A stretch of DNA of 42,407 nucleotides from a virus (lineage: Duplodnaviria; Heunggongvirae; Uroviricota; Caudoviricetes), in IMG/VR virus record IMGVR_UViG_2565956608_000007, positions 1 through 42,407 of that record, one strand, 5' to 3'. The notes under the pieces were generated by a model. It had not been told where the DNA came from. It made no database searches and worked only from the letters and a program-made list of their open reading frames with translations. Of the stretch, positions 36,183 to 42,407 are shown piece by piece. Both the position numbers and the translations under genes were made by a program. Every line of letters starts with the position of its first letter. Position 1 is the first letter of the stretch.

Positions 36183-37382
36183 ATGGCCCTCAATTTGGAC
36201 ACACTCGGCTTATCGGCAACGGTAACCGCTGAGGGGATCAGTGCGCCTGATTACCAGACGATACTCGATACCCTGACGAGCTATTTTCAGCAGATTTATG
36301 GCAGTGACGCTTATCTGGAGCCAGACAGCAAAGACGGCCAGATGGTGGCGCTGGTGGCGCTGGCTATTCACGATGCCAACAACACGGCCATCTCCGTTTA
36401 TAACTGCTTCTCACCTGCTACGGGTTACGGTGCAGCGCTGACGAGTAACGTAAAAATTAACGGTATCGCGCGCCGGGGGGCGACGAATTCTACCGTGGAT
36501 CTGGTTCTGACAGGTACTGCCGGGACGTCCATTACAAACGGTACTGTGAAGGACACGAATAACGTGATCTGGCGACTTCCTGCCTCGGTGACGATCGGTG
36601 TCGGCGGTACCGTGACGGTAACTGCAACCTGTTCAAACAGCGGAGCGGTTGCGGCGCTGGCTGGGACGATTACCACTATCAACACGCCGACCCGTGGCTG
36701 GGCTTCAGTAACCAACCCGGCGGCGGCCACCGTAGGCGCACCGGCGGAAACCGACGCAGAGTTGCGCATCAGGCAGGGGCAAAGCGTCGCTCTGCCCTCA
36801 CTCACACCGTTTGAAGGTGTCGACGGTGCGATCGCCAACGTTGCAGGCGTGACACGTCACAAGCTCTACGAGAATGATACTGGTGCAACCGACAGCAACG
36901 GTCTGCCTCCTCATTCCATTTCCGCCATCGTCGATGGGGGGGATGTTACCGAGATAGCCCAGACAATCAGGGGAAACAAAGGGCAGGGAACAGCCACTTA
37001 TGGGACGACATCTGTCACGGTACCGGACACCTACGGCAACCCACACGTGATCAGCTTTTCGCGGTCTACTGATGTGCCAATTTATGGACATATCACCCTG
37101 AAGGCATTCACCGGCTACACGTCGCAAATTGGCGTACAGATTCAGCAGGCCGTCGCGGATTACATCAACGGGCTGACCATCGGCGACGATGTGCTGCTTA
37201 GCAGGATTTATTCTCCGGCGAACCTCGGCGTAGTGAGTGGCGGCAATGCGCGCTACTACGACATACAGGAGCTGCTGATTGGCAAATCAGCCGGTAGCGT
37301 AGCGGCGGCAAACATCATCATCGCCTATAACGAATCCGCGTCGTGTAAACCCGAAAACATTGTTCTAACGGTGACGTCATGA
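36183..37382 (+). CDS. baseplate J-like protein
   Basis: 399-aa ORF, size and position typical of baseplate J. Confidence 0.7.
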   Translation: MALNLDTLGLSATVTAEGISAPDYQTILDTLTSYFQQIYGSDAYLEPDSKDGQMVALVALAIHDANNTAISVYNCFSPATGYGAALTSNVKINGIARRGATNSTVDLVLTGTAGTSITNGTVKDTNNVIWRLPASVTIGVGGTVTVTATCSNSGAVAALAGTITTINTPTRGWASVTNPAAATVGAPAETDAELRIRQGQSVALPSLTPFEGVDGAIANVAGVTRHKLYENDTGATDSNGLPPHSISAIVDGGDVTEIAQTIRGNKGQGTATYGTTSVTVPDTYGNPHVISFSRSTDVPIYGHITLKAFTGYTSQIGVQIQQAVADYINGLTIGDDVLLSRIYSPANLGVVSGGNARYYDIQELLIGKSAGSVAAANIIIAYNESASCKPENIVLTVTS

Positions 37383-38059
37383 GCAAGTACACGGACTTAA
37401 TCACCAACTATCACGCCACGAAGCCGAAATTTTTTGATCACGTCGACCTGAGCACGCGGCCACTGATTGATATCACTACCGCAACCCGGGGGCTGGTAAG
37501 CGCTTTCGATATTGATACCGCTGTCGGCGTCCAGCTCGATACGCTCGGCCTCTGGATTGGTCGCAGTCGCATTGTCAGCCAGCCGATAAGCGGCGTGTAT
37601 TTCAGTTGGGATACTGACGGGCTCGGATATGACCAGGGCGTATGGCAAGGCCCATATGATCCAGATGCAGGCTATACCACGCTGAGCGATACAACCTATC
37701 GCATCGTTCTTAAGGCAAAAATCGCCATCAACAACTGGGACGGCCGCAATGATTCGCTGCCTCCCATCCTTGACGCTGCAACTGCAGGCTCTGGCCTGAA
37801 GATGCAGATCGTCGACAACCAGGACATGACGATCTCGGTCTGGGTATTTCCCGAGACAGATATATCAAATGTGTCTCTCGAACTAATCGCCGCTATCAAA
37901 CAGGGCTATCTCACCGTTAAAGCAGCTGGCGTATGGGCCGGTGACGTGGAAACGCCTTCGGTAGAAACACCGTCAGAAGGCTCTAAATTCTTTGGCTTCG
38001 ACATGGACAACGAATATATCGCCGGATTTGATGATGGCGCATGGGGGAAATTACTGTAA
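37379..38059 (+). CDS. baseplate / tail protein adjacent to fiber
   Basis: 226-aa ORF overlapping the J-like stop. Confidence 0.5.
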   Translation: MSKYTDLITNYHATKPKFFDHVDLSTRPLIDITTATRGLVSAFDIDTAVGVQLDTLGLWIGRSRIVSQPISGVYFSWDTDGLGYDQGVWQGPYDPDAGYTTLSDTTYRIVLKAKIAINNWDGRNDSLPPILDAATAGSGLKMQIVDNQDMTISVWVFPETDISNVSLELIAAIKQGYLTVKAAGVWAGDVETPSVETPSEGSKFFGFDMDNEYIAGFDDGAWGKLL

Positions 38060-39177
38060 TGGCAATAAATAACTTTAAACCATTCGCGACAGCAGCGAAT
38101 GCTAACGTGATGTCCCAGGCTGACTGGGAAGGGCTTCCGGCTCTGCTCTCTGGTTTTACTTCAGGCAAGGCGGCCAGCGCAGAGGTAAATAAGGCAATCC
38201 GGCAGGCCAGCTTTATCGCGGCAGCGCTGGCGCAGTACACCGCCAACAAAAGTGGGCTGGATGTGCTTGATGATGCTGATTTGAACGGGTTCATTACCAA
38301 AATGACCACTGCATTTGGTAAGGATTTCCAGGCGCTGGACGCCACGCTAACAGCACTTGCCGGCCTCGCTACTGGAGCAAACAAGCTTCCGTATTTCACC
38401 GGGACAGATACCGCGGCACAAACTGACCTTACGCAGATCGGTCGGGACGTTATCGGTCAGACAACCGTGGCGAACCTTCTCACATACCTCGGTTTGGGAG
38501 ATGGCACAGGAAGGCTTATTAATGTCCAGACTTTTACGGCTAGCGGAACATATACCCCAACCGCCGGAACAAAATTTGTTATCGCTGAGGTTCTTGGAGG
38601 TGGCGGCGGTGGCGGCAGTAACGCGGCTACGCCAAGTTCAGGGGCGGCGGCAGGTGCTGGCGGAGCTTCAGGTGCCTATGCAGTTTGCAAGCATACACCG
38701 ACAGGGCCGGTAAGTGTTGTTATTGGTGCTGGTGGGGCTGGCGGAGTATCTACGGCAGCTGGTGCTGATGGTAGCACAGGCGGGACATCATCTTACGGCG
38801 CAGTATCAGCACCTGGTGGGCGTGGAGGCCCCAGAGGCGTGGCGTTTAATAACTTCCCTACGGGTGGAAACGTTGCGACTGGTTCATCTGGTGTTACTGG
38901 TTCAGTTATTGTTGGTACACCTGGTACCGGCGGATCATATGGCATTCTTTATTCAGATTCGAATGCTACAGGCGGCGGTGGAGCAAACAGTATTTATGGC
39001 GCAGGCGGAATTGCCATAACAATCAACAGCGGTGGATCAGGTACTTCACAAGGGGCTGATGCCAATGGTTATGGTTCTGGTGGCGGTGGTGCTGTTTCTG
39101 TGCATACGGCGACAGCATCCAGTTCACGTGGAGGCAATGGCACGCCAGGGATTGTAATTATCTGGGAGTACGCATAA
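38059..39177 (+). CDS. tail fiber protein with glycine-rich C-terminal region
   Basis: Conserved fiber-like N-terminus (MAINNFKPFATAANANVMSQADWEGL); C-terminal half dominated by GG/GxG repeats; TAATG overlap with upstream gene. Confidence 0.75.
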   Translation: MAINNFKPFATAANANVMSQADWEGLPALLSGFTSGKAASAEVNKAIRQASFIAAALAQYTANKSGLDVLDDADLNGFITKMTTAFGKDFQALDATLTALAGLATGANKLPYFTGTDTAAQTDLTQIGRDVIGQTTVANLLTYLGLGDGTGRLINVQTFTASGTYTPTAGTKFVIAEVLGGGGGGGSNAATPSSGAAAGAGGASGAYAVCKHTPTGPVSVVIGAGGAGGVSTAAGADGSTGGTSSYGAVSAPGGRGGPRGVAFNNFPTGGNVATGSSGVTGSVIVGTPGTGGSYGILYSDSNATGGGGANSIYGAGGIAITINSGGSGTSQGADANGYGSGGGGAVSVHTATASSSRGGNGTPGIVIIWEYA

Positions 39178-39584
39178 TGAAAGAATTTGCAGTAGTTAAA
39201 GATGGTATGGTGGTTAATATTATTTTGTGGGGTGGCGAAGATAACGGCTTTGCGAAAGATATTGATGGTGAACTTATCGCAATTCCAGAAGAGATTCAGG
39301 TCGGTATTGGCTGGAGTTATGAAGGTGAGAAATTTGCATCCCCTCCTGAACCGGATAAAACTAAAGAGCAGCTAATTCAGGAAGCAAACCTTGAAAAAGA
39401 GGGGCGCATAAATTCAGCCAATGATTACATGAACAGCAAGCAGTGGCCTGGCAAAGCTGCGATTGGTCGTCTAAAGGGTGACGAATTGGCCCAGTACAAC
39501 CTTTGGCTTGATTACCTGGATGCACTGGAAGCGGTTAATACATCTACTGCACCAGATATCACCTGGCCTCAGCAACCAGAATAA
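39177..39584 (+). CDS. tail fiber assembly protein (Tfa-like chaperone)
   Basis: C-terminus AAIGRLKGDELAQYNLWLDYLDALEAV typical of Tfa chaperones. Confidence 0.7.
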   Translation: MKEFAVVKDGMVVNIILWGGEDNGFAKDIDGELIAIPEEIQVGIGWSYEGEKFASPPEPDKTKEQLIQEANLEKEGRINSANDYMNSKQWPGKAAIGRLKGDELAQYNLWLDYLDALEAVNTSTAPDITWPQQPE

Positions 39585-39590
39585 AAACAT

Positions 39591-39615
39591 GGGGCGCAAG
39601 CGCCCCTATTTTTCT
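39591..39615. terminator. bidirectional terminator between convergent tfa and acyltransferase genes
   Basis: GGGGCGC/GCGCCCC inverted repeat flanked by A-run on one side and T-run on the other. Confidence 0.6.
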
Positions 39616-39624
39616 CGTTGGTTG

Positions 39625-40668
39625 TCATATTAAAGCTTTTCGTAAAAGCGTCTTCCCAATTAAAACACCTTTTCGCTCTACAGTTTTATGCGCAAAATAA
39701 CAAACTATAAATAACAATGTTAATATTTGAATGTTGCTGTTGATATATGGGATTTGTAATTTTGAAACCACTAGTGACAAAGTATACCAAATCCAGTTAT
39801 GGAACAAGTATACAGCATAAGTCATTTCAGACAGTAAATTGCATGCTTTGGATTCAATGAATTTATCTCTAAACAACCACGAAACAAGGAAAATAATAAC
39901 TCCTGTAAATGCGTAGTTGTACTGGCCCCAGAATGGATTTATTTTCTCAATGAGAGATAAATGCAGATAGAACATAATTACGATGGATGCTAAAGCAATA
40001 ACCCGATTAACTAACTTATGCTCTACAAGATACACTACTACACCGATAAACAAAAATGGCGTATACAATGTAAAGTAAGCATTATGAAAATCATTAGCCA
40101 CAGGGAAAGGGTTAATGCTGGATATAAAAAACGATACAACAAGAAGGAGAACAGTCAAAACGTTTCCTTTGTTTATTATACCAGCTTTTTTAACTAATCC
40201 CATAAACACGTAGAACATCATTTCTATTCTTAGTGTCCATTCTACGCCAGCTAATGAAAGTGGAGTGTTAAAGAAATCACCTATGAGCAAAAGTCTTGGG
40301 ATTAGTATAGTTAGAGGTGGAACACCAGCACCGTTATAATACTGAACTAACATTTCTGCAATAACTGCAAAAATGTATAAAGGATATATTCTAAAAATCC
40401 TTTTTAAATAAAATTCAAAAGTTGCTTCTTTTTGTAAAACGTGGGTTATGATATATCCTGAAACAAGAAAGAAGATTACAACCCCCATAGCCCCACCGAA
40501 ACTGGCATCGGCAAGTAGACCGTAAAATGATCTAAGTGTTACGTGGTTACTTGGATCGCTCGCCCACGAAGCTAAATCTTTGTTGAACTTGTGGCCTAAC
40601 ACCACAAGAGAGAATGCAAAGATACGCATGTAATCTAAAAAAAGAATTCTACGATTGTTCATTTTCAT
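39625..40668 (-). CDS. acyltransferase family 3 membrane protein (OafA/Oac-like O-antigen acetyltransferase)
   Basis: About 347-aa polytopic membrane protein with acyltransferase-3-type N-terminus (RILFLDYMRIFAFSLVVLGH); markedly AT-rich; located between tail genes and attR. Confidence 0.75.
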   Translation of the reverse strand: MKMNNRRILFLDYMRIFAFSLVVLGHKFNKDLASWASDPSNHVTLRSFYGLLADASFGGAMGVVIFFLVSGYIITHVLQKEATFEFYLKRIFRIYPLYIFAVIAEMLVQYYNGAGVPPLTILIPRLLLIGDFFNTPLSLAGVEWTLRIEMMFYVFMGLVKKAGIINKGNVLTVLLLVVSFFISSINPFPVANDFHNAYFTLYTPFLFIGVVVYLVEHKLVNRVIALASIVIMFYLHLSLIEKINPFWGQYNYAFTGVIIFLVSWLFRDKFIESKACNLLSEMTYAVYLFHNWIWYTLSLVVSKLQIPYINSNIQILTLLFIVCYFAHKTVERKGVLIGKTLLRKALI

Positions 40669-40809
40669 CAAAATCTTATTGTTGATGAGGCTATTTTATA
40701 GCATGAACAGCGAAATTCATAACAGGTTGGTGGTTGGGGTGGTGAAAAATCTCATCATGGAAGAAAAATCTGGCTGTCAGCGTTTATTAATGCTGGCAGC
40801 CAGCACATT

Positions 40810-41076
40810 TTACAGCCCAACCTGGCGAACTGTCGGGAACTCAGAAACCAGCCACATATCGGCCTCTTCAAACATATCCTCCAGCATGCGGTTGAGTTTT
40901 TCCCGATCGTTTTTGCTGGCATCGCTATTCAAGCCGTTCGCCTGCATCGGCTTCACCCTCACTTCGGCATCAGGGAAGATCTGGTGCACTCGCTTCGTCA
41001 GCTCAGCCAGGATAATCTCTCTGGCCCCTTCAAGTCCCTCTACATTTCGCTTGTCATAAACCAGTTCAACGAACAT
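40810..41076 (-). CDS. dinI: DinI-family protein
   Basis: 88-aa ORF resembling DinI (acidic C-terminus EEADMWLVSE); GGAGG ribosome-binding site; two LexA boxes upstream. Confidence 0.7.
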   Translation of the reverse strand: MFVELVYDKRNVEGLEGAREIILAELTKRVHQIFPDAEVRVKPMQANGLNSDASKNDREKLNRMLEDMFEEADMWLVSEFPTVRQVGL

Positions 41077-41095
41077 AAAAGCCTCCGGAAAACCA

Positions 41096-41135
41096 CTGTG
41101 GTTGTATACAGTATTTTTACTGTAAAAATAAACAG
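41096..41135. promoter_or_regulatory. two tandem LexA (SOS) boxes
   Basis: aCTGTggttgtatACAGta at 41096-41111 and taCTGTaaaaataaACAGtg at 41120-41135, both fitting CTGT-N8-ACAG; 20-60 bp upstream of the dinI-like start. Confidence 0.7.
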
Positions 41136-41195
41136 TGTCAAGGCATGGGCTGCGCGAGGAAGGGAAGTATTTTTGTTACCCTTAGTTACAAATAG

Positions 41196-41230
41196 AAAAA
41201 CCCCAGACCGTGAGATCTGGGGTTCTTTTA
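41196..41230. terminator. bidirectional Rho-independent terminator downstream of ssrA
   Basis: CCCCAGA-loop-TCTGGGG hairpin with A-run 5' and T-rich tract 3'. Confidence 0.55.
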
Positions 41231-41238
41231 AAGTGCAC

Positions 41239-41255
41239 GTGCATTTTACGTGCAT
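41239..41255. repeat. 17-bp direct repeat GTGCATTTTACGTGCAT (right arm)
   Basis: Identical to 1743-1759. Confidence 0.45.
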
Positions 41256-41347
41256 TTTTTTGTCTTTTCTCGGTCTGCGCTCTGTCTGGTCAGAGTCCGT
41301 AAGTAGCTGTTTTTATTGCCGCTGTCCGGTTGTAGTCCTATCAAAAG

Positions 41348-41710
41348 TGGTGGAGCTGGCGGGAGTTGAACCCGCGTCCGAAATTCCTACATCCTCGGTA
41401 CTACATGCTTAGTCAGTCTTTACATTCGCTTGCCAGCTGCGGACGGACACGCCACTAACAAACTAGCCTGATTAAGTTTTAACGCTTCAACCCCAGGCAG
41501 GGCTTCCACGCGATCTCTTTTGGGTTTGACCTCTCTTGATCCCCGTCCTAAGAGCGGAGGCTAGGGAGAGAGGGCTCTAAGCAGGTTATTAAGCTGCTAA
41601 AGCGTAGTTTTCGTCGTTTGCGACTATTTTTTGCGGCTTTTTACGAGGCCAACCGCCCCTCGGCATGCACCTTGGGTTTCGCAAATCCCGTCGAATCCAG
41701 AATCAGCCCC
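41348..41710 (-). ncRNA. ssrA: tmRNA (transfer-messenger RNA, SsrA)
   Basis: Minus-strand sequence begins GGGGCTGATTCTGGATTCGACGGG and ends ...GGTTCAACTCCCGCCAGCTCCACCA; 363 nt; directly downstream of smpB. Confidence 0.95.
41355..41384. repeat. attR core inside ssrA (GCTGGCGGGAGTTGAACCCGCGTCCGAAAT)
   Basis: 29/30 identical to 1663-1692. Confidence 0.65.
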
Positions 41711-41924
41711 AATGTGTAACGGTAAGTATACCAGATTTATGAGCAGCATGACTAGCCCAAAAGGCGTTATCATCCTGGAATTAGCGCCTGCATAGTATGA
41801 TTTTTTTTCGATTAAGCAATGGGATGGCTACATCTGTGTCAGATTTGACAGTCGATAAGATGTTCATTCGCGCCACCGGATAGGGAGGCGCGGTGAGGAT
41901 TTGATTAGTATCGCTTATATAGGT

Positions 41925-42407
41925 TTAACGGTGGGCATTTTTCATGATACGCGCTTTATCCACCTGCCATTCGCGTTCTTTGATATCTGAACGTTTATCG
42001 TGCTGTTTCTTACCTTTGGCGACGCCGATTTTCACTTTGCACCAGGCATTTTTCCAGTACAGGGAGAGCGCCACTACGGTATAGCCTTCTCGATTGACGC
42101 GACCGTACAATGAGTCCAGTTCGCGCTGGTTGAGAAGTAACTTGCGGGTACGGGTAGGATCGCACACCACATGCGTGGAGGCCACAGCCATTGGCGTGAT
42201 GTTAGCGCCAAACAGAAATGCCTCTCCGTCGCGCAGAAGGACATAGCTGTCGCTGATATTGGCTTTTCCTGCGCGCAGGGATTTAACCTCCCAGCCTTGC
42301 AGGGCAAGTCCCGCTTCGAACTCTTCTTCGATAAAGTATTCGTGACGGGCGCGCTTGTTAAGCGCGATGGTCGCTGAACCAGGTTTATGTGCTTTTTTCT
42401 TCGTCAT
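41925..42407 (-). CDS. smpB: SsrA-binding protein SmpB, complete
   Basis: 160-aa translation [58 protein letters not shown]... recognised as enterobacterial SmpB. Confidence 0.95.

Larger units (their letters stand above)
1663..41384. mobile_element. integrated tailed prophage (lambdoid early/lysis modules with Mu-like head and contractile tail) at the 3' end of ssrA
   Basis: Bounded by 30-bp imperfect direct repeats; contains integrase, repressor switch, replication, lysis, terminase, capsid and tail genes in canonical order; host genes csiD and ssrA/smpB flank it. Confidence 0.85.

Noticed and set aside
38560-39120. Repetitive GGT/GGC-rich DNA that could be mistaken for a CRISPR-like or VNTR array
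   Set aside because: Lies entirely within the tail-fiber reading frame and encodes glycine-rich protein sequence; no regular repeat-spacer periodicity.

Overview
This window looks like an Escherichia-type chromosomal segment carrying one complete integrated prophage of about 39.7 kb at the 3' end of ssrA (tmRNA). Host genes are csiD/glaH at the left edge (1..978, -) and ssrA (41348..41710, -) plus smpB (41925..42407, -) at the right edge. The prophage is bounded by a 30-bp imperfect direct repeat (29/30) matching the 3' region of ssrA (1663..1692 and 41355..41384). Gene order left to right: integrase and excisionase; a leftward early operon of small genes including an HTH protein and a stand-alone S24 peptidase-domain protein; a CI-like repressor and Cro-like divergent pair with shared operator motifs; HNH endonuclease, replication protein and Toprim primase / DnaB-like helicase; a Zn-finger Q-like protein followed by a promoter and terminator pair; a second HNH endonuclease; a terminator-dense noncoding stretch; a lysis cassette (holin, holin-like, GH108 endolysin, overlapping spanins); an AT-rich cargo island with a secreted protein, a structured leader, a three-gene operon and a second tyrosine recombinase; then terS/terL, a Mu-like head module, a contractile-tail and baseplate module, tail fiber and tail-fiber assembly protein; and finally an AT-rich O-antigen-type acyltransferase and a DinI-like gene with two LexA boxes next to attR. 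All calls rest on reading the sequence and the supplied ORF translations, with family assignments from recalled motifs; no database search or computation was run. The strongest candidates for something undescribed are the embedded second recombinase with its upstream cargo operon, and a conserved ~50-bp element found upstream of both terL and the scaffold/protease gene.
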